A stretch of DNA of 64,000 nt from Sphingomonadales bacterium UBA2683 (GCA_002354635.1 DELZ01000005.1:40626-104625), one strand, 5' to 3'. Positions 28,379-39,323 are shown, numbered from the stretch's first letter. Notes: generated by a model not told the origin, from the letters alone. Numbers and translations are program-made.

Positions 28379-28500
28379 CTTGTCAGCAACCCGCGTCCCA
28401 TCATGGAACAGCGCTGTTTTGCTGCGCGCAGGGACTGGATAATCCGGCTATATCCCGCCTGTTTCGCCCGCTTGGGCCCAATCAGGTGTTTTGAAATCGC

Positions 28501-29829
28501 ATGCGCGTACCGCCACCCTATGTCCCTCCTCTGAGCAATCATCTGCCCGACTACGGTCGGGGCAGCAGGATATCGGAACCTGTGATGGCAGCGGAACCGG
28601 CGGCTAATGGCGCGCCAAATGACCGGAAAATTGCGGTTGCCGAACCCTCTCCCATACCGCAACACCGTCTGTCATTCGCGAAACTGACGCTCCGGGAAAA
28701 GATTCTAACGGCGGTTTTTCTGATCAGCCTGATCATGATACCGACCACTATGCCGCAATCGAGCGTCGATGCGCAGCAGATCAATCCGAGCGATCCGCGA
28801 TTGCAATCAGTGGAGCGTGCCGAGGAGAATTTTGCCGGTTCGGCCTTTTATTTCATCGACCCCGAATATGCCGTGCCGCAAAATTACAGTGGCCTGGGCA
28901 TCGACCCTCTTGCTGCCCCCGGCACGGGACCGGGCGGTGCCCTGTCGGAGATGTCAGACGGCGGCAATGATCCGGCGTCCCCGGCGCACCACATCCGGCC
29001 AACCGCCTTTCGCGGTTCGACAACGGACAATAGCCGGGCACTGCATTGCCTGGCCCAGGCGATCTACTATGAAGCCGGGCTGGAACCCGATGCCGGCCAG
29101 CGCGCTGTCGCGCAGGTCATTCTGAACCGGGTTCGCCATCCGAGCTATCCGGGCACGGTGTGCGGAGTAATCTACCAGGGCAGTGAACGCACCACAGGCT
29201 GCCAGTTCACTTACACGTGCGATGGTTCGCTCCGCCGCAAGCCTGCGAAATTTTTCTGGGACCGCGCGCGCAAGGTGGCTGCGCAAGCGCTCACCGGAAA
29301 AAGCTATACTACGGTTGGCACCGCAACCCATTATCACGCCAGCTATGTCTATCCCTACTGGGCACCCAGCCTTCGGTTTCTAGGGACGGTCGGTGCGCAT
29401 CGCTTTTACAGCTGGAAAGGCAATGCCGGCAAGGCGAGTGCTTTCAGCCACAGATATGTCGGCGGCGAACCGCTGCCGGTGCCGAAGCCACGCCGCATCG
29501 ATGTCGCCGGCAGCGCTCCGTCGACCACATCGCTCGACCCGATCGCACTGGAAAAAGCCTATGAGGCGGGCCGCCGCAAGGCCGAAGCCGAAGCAGCTCA
29601 ATCCGAGCGAACGGCAGCCTTGGCAGCGGACAATGCCCGCAGGCATGATCAGCCCGCTCCGGGACCAAATGTAAATGCTCCGCGTTTCTTCCAGGCCCCC
29701 AATTACAGCAGCGAAGCAAGAGCCAAAGGCGGTGATCAGGCGTTTGCCGGACAAAACCTTCCAGACGTCGGTCGGATCAAACCCGAATTCCGCGACAGTG
29801 GTACCTGGAAGAAAAAACCGGGCGGCTAG
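28501..29829 (+). CDS. Cell wall hydrolase (SleB/Hydrolase_2 family)
   Basis: CLAQAIYYEA, VAQVILNRV, CGVIYQG, CQFTYTCDG, ATHYHA, GAHRFY. Confidence 0.9.
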   Translation: MRVPPPYVPPLSNHLPDYGRGSRISEPVMAAEPAANGAPNDRKIAVAEPSPIPQHRLSFAKLTLREKILTAVFLISLIMIPTTMPQSSVDAQQINPSDPRLQSVERAEENFAGSAFYFIDPEYAVPQNYSGLGIDPLAAPGTGPGGALSEMSDGGNDPASPAHHIRPTAFRGSTTDNSRALHCLAQAIYYEAGLEPDAGQRAVAQVILNRVRHPSYPGTVCGVIYQGSERTTGCQFTYTCDGSLRRKPAKFFWDRARKVAAQALTGKSYTTVGTATHYHASYVYPYWAPSLRFLGTVGAHRFYSWKGNAGKASAFSHRYVGGEPLPVPKPRRIDVAGSAPSTTSLDPIALEKAYEAGRRKAEAEAAQSERTAALAADNARRHDQPAPGPNVNAPRFFQAPNYSSEARAKGGDQAFAGQNLPDVGRIKPEFRDSGTWKKKPGG

Positions 29830-29948
29830 AGCGCACCGCCAGTTTCCCGATAGTTTCGCTGGCAACCAACAATCGGTTTCCCTTGCCTTCGCCCTTGACT
29901 CCCGCCTAAAGGCTCTCGATTTTATTGGAAATGAAGCGGAGCGCTCTG

Positions 29949-31322
29949 ATGGCGACAAATTGGACGGCAAATAGCTGGCGGGATTTTGAAGGGCTGCACA
30001 TGCCACAATATCCTGACACAGCCAGACTTGCGGAAACAGAGGAACTGCTTGGCAGCTACCCGCCGCTGGTCTTTGCCGGTGAAGCACGCAGCCTGAAACA
30101 GGATCTGGCAGAGGTGTCGGAAGGCAAGGCATTCCTGCTGCAGGGCGGTGATTGTGCCGAGAGCTTTGCGGAATTTCATCCCAACAATATCCGCGACACG
30201 TTTCGCGTCATCCTGCAGATGGCGGTGGTGCTGACCTATGCATCGAAACTGCCGGTTGTGAAGCTCGGACGCATGGCCGGCCAGTTTGCCAAACCGCGGT
30301 CGTCCGATATCGAAGTACAGGATGGAGTCGAGCTGCCCAGCTATCGCGGCGATATCATCAACGGCATCGAATTTGACCGCGGCCGCCGCGACCCGGATCC
30401 GGAGCGGATGATCCGCGCCTACAACCAGTCCGCGGCGACGCTCAACCTGCTTCGCGCCTTCTCGACCGGTGGCTATGCCAACCTCAAGCAGGTGCATGGC
30501 TGGACCCACGATTTCATGGCGCGTAGCCCGTGGGCCAAGAAATTCGAGGAAATGGCCGACCGGATCGGGGAGGCGCTGGCCTTCATGGAAGCATGCGGGA
30601 TCAATCCCGATACCGTGCCGCAGTTGAAAGCGACGTCTTTCTACACCAGCCACGAAGCCCTGCTTCTGCCCTATGAGCAATGCCTGACCCGGCAGGACAG
30701 CCTGACCGGAGACTGGTATGACACCAGCGCCCATTTCCTCTGGATCGGCGACCGGACCCGCTTCGACGGGTCAGCCCATGTCGAGTTTCTGCGCGGCATC
30801 GGTAACCCGATCGGCATGAAATGCGGGCCTTCGCTGACACCCGACGCGCTTCTGAAGATGCTTGATACGCTTAATCCGGGGCGCGAACCCGGTCGCATGA
30901 CGCTGATTTCACGATTCGGGCACGACAAGGTAGAAAGCGGCCTCGCCCCGCTCGTACGTGCGGTCAAGAGGGAAGGCCATCCGGTGATCTGGTCCTGTGA
31001 TCCGATGCACGGCAATGTGATCAAGGCGGACAGCGGCTACAAGACCCGACCGTTTGATCGTATCCTGGCCGAAGTGCGCGGCTTTTTCGCCGTGCATCGT
31101 GCGGAAGGCACATTTGCCGGCGGCATCCATTGCGAAATGACGGGACAGAATGTGACCGAATGCACTGGCGGCGGTGTCGCGATCACCGATGCGTCGCTCG
31201 GCGATCGCTATCACACCCATTGCGACCCGCGGCTTAACGCCGCGCAATCGCTGGAGCTCGCTTTCCTGCTGGCCGAGATGCTCAATCAGGAATTGTCCGA
31301 GCGCACGCGGGAAGCAGCCTGA
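29949..31322 (+). CDS. Class II DAHP synthase
   Basis: [40 protein letters not shown]. Confidence 0.96.
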   Translation: MATNWTANSWRDFEGLHMPQYPDTARLAETEELLGSYPPLVFAGEARSLKQDLAEVSEGKAFLLQGGDCAESFAEFHPNNIRDTFRVILQMAVVLTYASKLPVVKLGRMAGQFAKPRSSDIEVQDGVELPSYRGDIINGIEFDRGRRDPDPERMIRAYNQSAATLNLLRAFSTGGYANLKQVHGWTHDFMARSPWAKKFEEMADRIGEALAFMEACGINPDTVPQLKATSFYTSHEALLLPYEQCLTRQDSLTGDWYDTSAHFLWIGDRTRFDGSAHVEFLRGIGNPIGMKCGPSLTPDALLKMLDTLNPGREPGRMTLISRFGHDKVESGLAPLVRAVKREGHPVIWSCDPMHGNVIKADSGYKTRPFDRILAEVRGFFAVHRAEGTFAGGIHCEMTGQNVTECTGGGVAITDASLGDRYHTHCDPRLNAAQSLELAFLLAEMLNQELSERTREAA

Positions 31323-31324
31323 TC

Positions 31325-31558
31325 ATGGCGGAAAAGATAAAGCCGGAACGGATGCGTCCGGAAGATTATGCACCGGGAGAATCGCCGATGAGGAGAGGAG
31401 CCACCTATGTCCGCAGGGAGATCGTCAGCAAAGGCGTCGGTTTTGGCAGCGCCTTGGCCATTGCTATCAGCTTCACCACCCACAAGTCGATTTTATGGGC
31501 GATCATCCACGGATTTTTCTCCTGGTTCTATGTCATCTATTATGCGCTGACGCGCTAG
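31325..31558 (+). CDS. Small membrane protein of unknown function
   Basis: GVGFGSALAIAISF...SILWAIIHGFFSWFYVIYY; 2 bp after the DAHP synthase stop. Confidence 0.7.
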   Translation: MAEKIKPERMRPEDYAPGESPMRRGATYVRREIVSKGVGFGSALAIAISFTTHKSILWAIIHGFFSWFYVIYYALTR

Positions 31559-31583
31559 GTGTCCGGCCGGTCCGTCCGGCCAG

Positions 31584-32279
31584 CTACCGACCCTCGTTCA
31601 GCGTCTCCAGTCTGTAGCCATAGCCGAAAACCGTAAAGATCCGGAAACCGTTTTCCGGCTTCAGCGCCAGCTTGGATCGAATCCGGGACACATGCATATC
31701 AAGCGTCCGGGTCGCGAGATGTGCATTGGTGCGCCAGACGGTTTCCATGATATAGCGCCGCGACAGGGTGCGGTCGCGATTGCGGAACATCAGATCGGTC
31801 AGCTCGAATTCTTTTGCCGTCAGGGCAATCTCCTTTTCGCCATGCCTGACCGTCTGTCCGATCCGGTCGAGCAAATAGTCACCATATTCGGCGATTGTCT
31901 CCATCGCCGATGCACCGCTACTCTGACGCAGCAAGGCGTTGATCCGGGCAGCGATGACGGCCTTGTCCTCGGGCTTGGTGATATAGTCATCAGCACCGGC
32001 ATTAAGGGCATCGCTGATCTCCTGCTTTGCCGTGCGATTTGTCATCATGATCACCGGTGGGCGATCATCAATCGCGCTTTCCATCCATTGCAATATCTCC
32101 ATGCCGCTTTGTCCGGGCAGGTTCCACTCAAGGATTACCATGTCAAACCCGTTGCCCAGCAACGCATTCGAAAGGCTCTTTCCATCCGCATAACCGTCAT
32201 AGGTATAGCCCTGTTCTGTGACGATCTTTCCCAAAAATTCGATAATATCCGGATCGTCATCCGCTATCGCTACCCGCAT
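31584..32279 (-). CDS. OmpR/PhoB family response regulator, orphan, with Glu at the phospho-acceptor position
   Basis: IADDD, VILEWNLPG, GADDYITKP, LTAKEFEL, RTLDMHVSRIRSKL, TVFGYGYRL. Confidence 0.92.
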   Translation of the reverse strand: MRVAIADDDPDIIEFLGKIVTEQGYTYDGYADGKSLSNALLGNGFDMVILEWNLPGQSGMEILQWMESAIDDRPPVIMMTNRTAKQEISDALNAGADDYITKPEDKAVIAARINALLRQSSGASAMETIAEYGDYLLDRIGQTVRHGEKEIALTAKEFELTDLMFRNRDRTLSRRYIMETVWRTNAHLATRTLDMHVSRIRSKLALKPENGFRIFTVFGYGYRLETLNEGR

Positions 32280-32585
32280 TTCAACTCTCCTAGCAGCGTT
32301 TCAGCATTGATCAGATGAACGCTGCTTTCCCAGGTGATTTCATGATTTGCGTTTTATTCCCATTTGTCGAGGGTTGACCAGATTTGCAGGCGTGTATTTA
32401 CAAGCTTTTACATGTGCGTCGGCTCGGACAGAGTAGAGGCGGGACCGGTTGGGGCCTCGATTGCGAGCTTCCGGCAGATGCCGAACGACCGGGTTGAACC
32501 GGCAAAACGACTGATAATGCAACGCCGCAGCCGGCATGTGAAATGGGCCGGACAAGTCCAGCTGCGATTTCCGTGCAACGAAATT

Positions 32586-32660
32586 TGGTTGGGGTGGCAG
32601 GATTCGAACCTGCGCATGGCGGCATCAAAAGCCGCTGCCTTACCACTTGGCGACACCCCA
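32586..32660 (-). tRNA. tRNA-Gln (TTG)
   Basis: TGGGGTG/CACCCCA acceptor stem, GCGGC-TTTTGAT-GCCGC anticodon arm, GGTTCGAATCC, encoded CCA. Confidence 0.97.
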
Positions 32661-32746
32661 ATAATCGCGAGCCTGATTCTACCGGGCTGCGCTGGTGAAG
32701 GGGCCTATTATCCAGTTTGCCTGCACGGGGCAAGAGGCAGTTGCAG

Positions 32747-33850
32747 CTAGGCCTCGAACAGCCTCTTGACCCAGCCATGATCGTCCGGGGCGATCCCGCG
32801 CTGGATATCGACAAGTCGCCGCCGCAATTTTTCAGTCAGCTGACCAGGACCGCCACCGCCAACAGAGAATTCCCCGTCGCTGGAACGGACGGTGCCCACC
32901 GCGGTCACCACCGCGGCTGTCCCGCAGGCAAAGGTCTCGACCAGCTTGCCGCTGGCCGCATCTGCTTCCCATTGGTCGATGCTATAGGGTTCTTCGATCA
33001 CCGACAGCCCTTCTTCCCGGGCCAGGGTCATGATTGAATCGCGGGTGATGCCCGGCAGGATGGTTCCGCCAAGCGGTGGTGTGATCAGCCTGCCGTCGTC
33101 CATCACAAAAAACAGATTCATGCCGCCGAGTTCTTCCACCCATTTGTGCTCGGCAGCATCGAGAAATACGACCTGATCACAATTTTTCTCGATGGCTTCG
33201 GCCTGTGCAATGAGGCTGGCCGCATAATTGCCACCGCATTTGGCGGCACCGGTCCCGCCTGGCGCTGCGCGACTATAATCTTCGGATACCCAGATGCTGA
33301 TCGCCGTGGCGCCGCTCTTGAAATAGCCGCCGGCCGGGGAAGCGATCACCAGATAAAGATATTCCTTCGCTGGACGAACGCCGAGAAACACCTCGCTAGC
33401 GAACATGAACGGGCGCAGATAGAGCGATCCACCCTCGACCGAGGGGAACCATTCGCGGTCGATATCGACCAGCGCCTCGACCGAATCGAGAAACGCCTGT
33501 TGCGGGAGTTCCGGCATCGCCATCCGCCGAGCCGAAGCCTGAAACCGTTTGGCATTTTCTTCGGGGCGGAAGAGAGCCGTCGCGCCATCCGCCAGCCGAT
33601 AGGCCTTCATGCCCTCGAATATTTCCTGGGCATAATGCAATACCGAGGAAGCGGGATCCATCATTATGGGTTCCCGCTTGGTGATTCTGGCATCGTGCCA
33701 GCCCTGCGCTTCGCTATAACGGATCATGGCCATATGGTCTGTAAACAGCGTGCCGAAACCCGGGTTCTCCAACAGGCGGGTTCGCTCGCTTGCGAGAACG
33801 GGCGTAGCGCTTTGTTCCAGCTTGAATTCCAGGTTGTTATTTTCTGCCAT
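32747..33850 (-). CDS. ilvE: Branched-chain amino acid aminotransferase
   Basis: LHYAQEIFEGMKAY, AKCGGNY (PLP Lys), EELGGMN, LPGITR, GTAA. Confidence 0.95.
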   Translation of the reverse strand: MAENNNLEFKLEQSATPVLASERTRLLENPGFGTLFTDHMAMIRYSEAQGWHDARITKREPIMMDPASSVLHYAQEIFEGMKAYRLADGATALFRPEENAKRFQASARRMAMPELPQQAFLDSVEALVDIDREWFPSVEGGSLYLRPFMFASEVFLGVRPAKEYLYLVIASPAGGYFKSGATAISIWVSEDYSRAAPGGTGAAKCGGNYAASLIAQAEAIEKNCDQVVFLDAAEHKWVEELGGMNLFFVMDDGRLITPPLGGTILPGITRDSIMTLAREEGLSVIEEPYSIDQWEADAASGKLVETFACGTAAVVTAVGTVRSSDGEFSVGGGGPGQLTEKLRRRLVDIQRGIAPDDHGWVKRLFEA

Positions 33851-33952
33851 ATACTGCCGCCTTCGCTATGTTTCATGCCGACCAATGGAAGAATTGGAAG
33901 CATAATCCAATTGTCTTGCAATCCCCTAATCAGCCTGTCAAGATACGTCAAC

Positions 33953-34465
33953 ATGACTGACGTATCTCGCCCTGCCGCATCCCCCGGTGCCTCTCCGCTT
34001 TTCCTGCGCGAAGATGAAGTCCGCCGCGGAATAGAGTTGCTCTATTTCGGCTATACAAGATTGACCAACGCAATTGATCAGGAACTGGCGAAACAGGGCC
34101 TGGGCCGGGCCCATCATCGGGCGTTATATTTTATTGCCCGCCAGCCGGATCTGACCGTCGGCGAGTTGCTGAAATTGTTGGCGATCACCAAACAATCGCT
34201 CGGCCGGGTACTGAAGGAATTGCAGGATCGGCAATTCATTCTGACTTCGCCCGGAATGGTCGACCGGCGTCAGAAATTGCTGCGTCTGACGGAAAAGGGA
34301 GCCCTGCTGGAAGCTGAACTGTTCCGGCATCTGCGGGAAAAGCTGTCATCCGCTTATGTTTCGGCCGGACAGGAATCGGTGACCGGTTTCTGGCATGTTC
34401 TGGAAGGCCTGATCCCCGAAAGCGATCGCAAGATGGTGTTTGACCTGCGCGGCGACAAAGCCTGA
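33953..34465 (+). CDS. MarR family transcriptional regulator (PetP-like), divergent from ilvE
   Basis: GLGRAHHRALYFI, ITKQSLGRVL, DRRQKLLRLT. Confidence 0.9.
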   Translation: MTDVSRPAASPGASPLFLREDEVRRGIELLYFGYTRLTNAIDQELAKQGLGRAHHRALYFIARQPDLTVGELLKLLAITKQSLGRVLKELQDRQFILTSPGMVDRRQKLLRLTEKGALLEAELFRHLREKLSSAYVSAGQESVTGFWHVLEGLIPESDRKMVFDLRGDKA

Positions 34466-34694
34466 ATCTCAGCTATTCCTTGTATATTCCCGATATGCTT
34501 CCCTGAATTGGCTATCCTTCTGTCTCCATTGCAAAAAGGACTCGGCGAACAGTCTGTGTAAAATAGCGCGGATTCGGCTCACTTACTGTCATTAATCGCG
34601 CAGAAACAACGGGTAGCCGTGCAATCTGGTGAAAATCTATTCGCAAACATGCTAAAATTCTAACCGAACAGGGACCCAATCAGAGAGAAAGCCA

Positions 34695-35564
34695 GTGTCG
34701 GACAATGTAGCCTTTGAAGAAATTAATGAAGCCAAATCCAATCTGGATTATATCTATGATGAACCTGATCCAAGAAATTATTTCCGCGAACTGGGGAAGC
34801 TTGACTATGCAATCCCTGATCTCGCCAAACCCATCTTTCAAAAACTGATTTCTCACCTTCGAATTCGGAAGAAGGACACAATCCACGTTCTGGATCTGGG
34901 TTGTTCGTACGGAATCAATGCTGCTTTGCTAAAATATGATCTATCGATGCCGGAACTGTATCGACATTGGGGAAACAGGGGTCTTCTGTCAGCCACAGCG
35001 GAAGAAGTTGCCGCGCGGGATCGGGCCTTCCTGAGTAATCTCGACGAACCGGCCAATATCGAGATGGTCGGACTGGATCTGGCGCCATCTGCCACCGCAT
35101 TCGCCAGAAAGGCAGGTCTTCTTGATGAAGATATCGTCATCAATCTCGAGACGGACCCCTTGCCCGAGGCCGCGAGAGAGATATTGGAGCCGATCGATCT
35201 GGTAACTTCAACAGGGTGTATCGGTTATGTGACCGAGAAGAGCTTTGATCGGCTGTTACCAGCGATCAGCCAAGGACAGGCACCATGGATAGGCAATTTC
35301 GTGCTGCGATTGTTTCCGTTCGACCCGATCGAAAAATTGCTGAACGAATGGGGTTATGTAACCGAAAAACTGGAAGGCCAAACATTTCCCCAGCGCCAAT
35401 TCTCCTCTGCCGAAGAGCGGGAACAAGTGCTGGAGCAGCTATGCGAGCGCGGAATCGACCCTGCGGGAAAGGAGAGCGAGGGACATCTGCTGGCCGAGTT
35501 TTATCTCTCGCGCCCGGCGAACGACGTTGCCAAATATCCGATTGAGCAACTCCTGTCAGCCTGA
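34695..35564 (+). CDS. Class I SAM-dependent methyltransferase-like protein
   Basis: VLDLGCSYG motif I, MVGLDLA motif II, DLVTSTGCIGY. Confidence 0.75.
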   Translation: MSDNVAFEEINEAKSNLDYIYDEPDPRNYFRELGKLDYAIPDLAKPIFQKLISHLRIRKKDTIHVLDLGCSYGINAALLKYDLSMPELYRHWGNRGLLSATAEEVAARDRAFLSNLDEPANIEMVGLDLAPSATAFARKAGLLDEDIVINLETDPLPEAAREILEPIDLVTSTGCIGYVTEKSFDRLLPAISQGQAPWIGNFVLRLFPFDPIEKLLNEWGYVTEKLEGQTFPQRQFSSAEEREQVLEQLCERGIDPAGKESEGHLLAEFYLSRPANDVAKYPIEQLLSA

Positions 35565-35644
35565 CTGCCGCCTGTGCATTGTCCAGAAAATATCGCTGCC
35601 GCAATCAGCGGGTCCGATCAGGGAGATACTGTTCAATCAGCGCA

Positions 35645-36151
35645 TCAGGCCTCCCCGGCCGTATCCACCATCGCATGCTCGATCGCATCCTGCGGACTCT
35701 TGTCGCTCCACAGGACGAACTGGAACACCGGATAAAATCTTTCCCATTCCTCGATCGCCAGATCGACAATCGTCTGGGCCTGATCCAGACCCAGCATCCC
35801 GCTGCCGCCAAGCAGGGTGGCATGCCGGAACAGCAGCACGTTGTTGTTAGACCAGAGATCAAAATGGCCCAGCCAGAGCTGCTCGTTGATCAGCCCCAAT
35901 GTTTCGTAAATGACGGTTTTCTTTTCATCCGGAACCCGGATCTCCGGCAACAGCAGGATTTGTAGAACATGGTCTTCATCCCGCCAGATCGCCCGCATCT
36001 GGTAGCTCGTCCAGTTGCCCTTGATCTCGACCGACAACTCGTCGTCGCCGACGTGGTTGACTGACCAGCCGCGCGCCTCGAAAAAGGCTGCCAGCATATC
36101 CACGGGGGGTGCTTCGTCCTGATCGAGCTCTTCCCATTGGTCGTCAAGCAT
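35645..36151 (-). CDS. YbjN domain protein
   Basis: INEQLWLGHFDLW, ERFYPVFQFVLW; ATG 36151 preferred. Confidence 0.85.
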   Translation of the reverse strand: MLDDQWEELDQDEAPPVDMLAAFFEARGWSVNHVGDDELSVEIKGNWTSYQMRAIWRDEDHVLQILLLPEIRVPDEKKTVIYETLGLINEQLWLGHFDLWSNNNVLLFRHATLLGGSGMLGLDQAQTIVDLAIEEWERFYPVFQFVLWSDKSPQDAIEHAMVDTAGEA

Positions 36152-36296
36152 TGCGGTTTCCAGATCTTTTGTAACTAAAAGCTTAGTGGCCCAAGCGCCG
36201 GAGCAGGGCAAGGCAACGCGCTGCCTGCCCTCACATTGATTGTGGGAACGCTGTGGATAATGAACGCCGACCTATCCCGGGGTCTCGGGGTGGAGT

Positions 36297-36656
36297 TCAG
36301 CCCTCTTTTTTGGGAGGCGAGGCCTTGCGCGCGGCCGGTTTCGCGGCTGCGGCTTTTTGTCCCGCCGGTTTGCGCGCTGCGGCGCGTTTTACCGCGGGTT
36401 TCCTGGCCGGCGCGGTTGCGCCCTTCTCCAGGGCATCGACCCGTTTCTTCAACGCATCGGCTTCGGCCCGGGCCTTGGCGGCCATTTCCTTCACCGCGTC
36501 AAATTCGTCGCGCGAAACGAAATCCATGCCGCCGAACCATTCCTTGGCTCGTTCGCGGGCACCGGCTTCAGCCTCGCGACCGACGCCGGCCACGGTCCCG
36601 GCGAGGCCGTTAAGCACTTTGGAAAGATCATCAAAAAAACGGTTCTGGCTCTGCAT
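36297..36656 (-). CDS. Accessory factor UbiK (BMFP) family protein
   Basis: MQSQNRFFDDLSK, DFVSRDEFDAVKEMA, coiled coil, basic tail. Confidence 0.85.
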   Translation of the reverse strand: MQSQNRFFDDLSKVLNGLAGTVAGVGREAEAGARERAKEWFGGMDFVSRDEFDAVKEMAAKARAEADALKKRVDALEKGATAPARKPAVKRAAARKPAGQKAAAAKPAARKASPPKKEG

Positions 36657-36702
36657 GTCTTTAAACTCCGTCACTGGTCCCTCGGACCTGGAAAAATATA
36701 AT

Positions 36703-37251
36703 CTATATCTGGGTTCTCGCCGCCGGAACCACAAGGGTTTCCGCATCCGGATTCAACCAGTCGGTCTGTTTGTTGAGCACCGCTGCAAAGCACAGCCACG
36801 CCAGATAGGGTACCATCAGCCAGGCAGCAGCCTTGCGGACGCGACCGAAGACCAGCGTCGTCGCCAGCGCCAAAAGCAATATGATGACCAGAAACCAGAA
36901 GGCGGCCGTGACCTGGTGCATACCGAAAAACAGGATCGGCCAGAACAGGTTCAGCGCATATTGGACGAGATATGCACTGATCGCCGGACCGCGCAGCGGC
37001 GCGCCGCGAGCGTGGAGCACCATGGCGAAGGCCGTACCCATCATCGTATAAAGCAGAGCCCAGGCCGCGCCGAATGCCCATCCCGGCGGCTGCGCGGCGG
37101 GCTTGACCAGCGCCTGGAACCAGCGATTTTCCTCGCCACTGTTGGCAAACTGGCTGAAGGTGAATCCGAGCAATACGGTGATCGGGACGATGAACAATAT
37201 CCAGCGCAGCAGAGACATGCGCAGCTGACCTTTTGAAGCAATCTGATTCAC
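36703..37251 (-). CDS. tspO: TspO/MBR family membrane protein
   Basis: WFQALVKP..QPPGWAFG.AW..LY, NLFWP.LFFG, PYLAWL.FA..LN. Confidence 0.92.
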   Translation of the reverse strand: MNQIASKGQLRMSLLRWILFIVPITVLLGFTFSQFANSGEENRWFQALVKPAAQPPGWAFGAAWALLYTMMGTAFAMVLHARGAPLRGPAISAYLVQYALNLFWPILFFGMHQVTAAFWFLVIILLLALATTLVFGRVRKAAAWLMVPYLAWLCFAAVLNKQTDWLNPDAETLVVPAARTQI

Positions 37252-37508
37252 AGGGCAGCATCCTTGATCGAGAAATTACACGAATCGTCCAGGGCAGCTT
37301 TTGCCCCAAACCCGTGTACTTTTAACAATTTCTGGTCGTTTGGCCAGCGTTATGCCGCCGAATTCATGTCTTCTCCGACCAGAATATCATTATCCGGCAC
37401 CTTGGTATTTTCGGCTTCGTCGCCATCTTGGGGAAGACGGGAAATTCCCGATGGTATCGGCACAAACCATTGATTGTGACAAAGGGGGCTGGCTGCTAGG
37501 CGCTTTTT

Positions 37509-39323
37509 ATGAACGACAAAACAATTTCTCCCGAACAAGACGCTCCGCCCGCCCCGCTCAAGAAGATCGGCAATCTGCGGATGGTGTTCGAACGCGCGGT
37601 CAAATATCCCAGACAGATCGCCTTCGCCCTGCTTGCCCTGTTCGTCTCGGCGATGGCGACGCTGGCGATCCCGGCCGGCTTCAAAACCATCATCGACAAG
37701 GGCTTCATGGCGGGGAACGGCGATGTTGCGCCCTATTTCCAGGGACTTCTCGGGATTGTCGCGGTTCTGGCTGTCGCCACCGCCTTCCGCTTCTATTTTG
37801 TCAGCTGGCTGGGAGAGCGCGTGGTTGCGGACATCCGGCTGGCCGTGCAGGATAACCTGCTGCGCCTTGCTCCGGGTTTTTTCGAAGAGAACCGGCCTTC
37901 CGAAATCGCGTCGCGGATGACCTCTGATACCGCCGTGATCGAACAGGTCGTGGGAACAACCGTATCGGTGGCACTCCGCAATATCGTTATCGGGCTGGGC
38001 GGGATCATCTACCTGTTCACCCTTGCTCCGGCTCTGACCGCCGGCCTGTTGCTGGCGATCCCGATCATCGTGTTGCCGATCGTCTTTATCGGCCGCAAAC
38101 TGACCAATGTCTCCCGTTCGAGTCAGGACCGCGTAGCCGATGTCGGCGCGATGATCGCGGAGACTCTTGGTGCCATGAAAATTGTCCAGGCCTTCGGCCA
38201 GCAGGCCCGCGAGCATGAACGGTTCCGCGGTGCGGTGGAAAACACATTTGACACCGCAAAAAGGCGGATCCGGTTGCGCGCGGCGATGACCGCCATCGTC
38301 ATCGGCCTGATCTTCACCGGCATCACCATGCTGATGTGGCGTGGCGCGATCGGCGTCGCCGACGGGTCGATCTCCGGCGGGACGATTGCCGCCTTTGTGC
38401 TAACCGGCGGTCTTGTAGCGGGTGCCTTTGGCGCCCTGACCGAGGTCTATGGCGACCTGCTGCGCGGTGCCGGCGCTGCCGGCCGGCTGGCGGAATTGCT
38501 GTCCGAGAAGCCGGGTATTGCCGCACCGGACAATCCGATTGCGCTACCCGAGCCGTCACGCGGCAAGATCGCGTTCGACAATGTTACTTTTTGCTATCCG
38601 ACCCGCCCGGATACTGAGGCTCTGTCCAGTTTCTCGCTAACCGTTTCGCCGGGCGAGACGGTGGCGGTTGTCGGGCCGTCCGGGGCTGGCAAGTCGACAC
38701 TGTTCCAGCTGGCCCAGCGCTTCTATGATCCGCAAAGTGGCTCGGTTCGCATAGACGGCGTCGCCCTGCCCTCGGCCGATCCGGCAGAGATTCGGCAGCG
38801 TATGGCGCTGGTGCCGCAGGAAACCGTATTGTTTGCCGCATCCGCCCGGGACAATCTGCGCTACGGCAAATGGGAAGCAACCGACGCGGAAATCTGGGAG
38901 GCCGCGCGCGTCGCCAATGCCGAGAAATTCCTCCGGGCCCTGCCCGAAGGACTGGACAGTTTCATGGGCGAAGCGGGAACACGCCTGTCCGGTGGCCAGC
39001 GCCAGCGAATCTCGATCGCGCGCGCCCTGCTCCGCAACACGCCGATCCTGCTGCTCGACGAAGCGACGTCAGCGCTGGATGCCGAGAGCGAAAAGCTGGT
39101 TCAGGATGCGCTCGACCATCTGATGCAGGACCGCACCACCATCGTCATCGCCCATCGTCTGGCAACGGTCCGATCGGCGGACCGGATCATTGTAATGGAT
39201 GAGGGCAGGATCGTCGAACAGGGTGATCACGACAGCCTGATTGTCAAGAACGGACTATACGCCCGGCTGGCGGAACTGCAGTTCAGCAACGTCGAGACTA
39301 GCCGGCCCAAGATACAGGCCTAG
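37509..39323 (+). CDS. ABC exporter, fused permease/ATPase
   Basis: Six TMs, Walker A GPSGAGKST, LSGGQRQR, LLLDEATSALD, IAHRL. Confidence 0.95.
   Translation: MNDKTISPEQDAPPAPLKKIGNLRMVFERAVKYPRQIAFALLALFVSAMATLAIPAGFKTIIDKGFMAGNGDVAPYFQGLLGIVAVLAVATAFRFYFVSWLGERVVADIRLAVQDNLLRLAPGFFEENRPSEIASRMTSDTAVIEQVVGTTVSVALRNIVIGLGGIIYLFTLAPALTAGLLLAIPIIVLPIVFIGRKLTNVSRSSQDRVADVGAMIAETLGAMKIVQAFGQQAREHERFRGAVENTFDTAKRRIRLRAAMTAIVIGLIFTGITMLMWRGAIGVADGSISGGTIAAFVLTGGLVAGAFGALTEVYGDLLRGAGAAGRLAELLSEKPGIAAPDNPIALPEPSRGKIAFDNVTFCYPTRPDTEALSSFSLTVSPGETVAVVGPSGAGKSTLFQLAQRFYDPQSGSVRIDGVALPSADPAEIRQRMALVPQETVLFAASARDNLRYGKWEATDAEIWEAARVANAEKFLRALPEGLDSFMGEAGTRLSGGQRQRISIARALLRNTPILLLDEATSALDAESEKLVQDALDHLMQDRTTIVIAHRLATVRSADRIIVMDEGRIVEQGDHDSLIVKNGLYARLAELQFSNVETSRPKIQA

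Noticed and set aside
32586-32590. tRNA-Gln has discriminator A rather than the usual G
   Set aside because: The rest of the tRNA is canonical (T1-A72, TTG anticodon); one base is not enough to claim altered identity.
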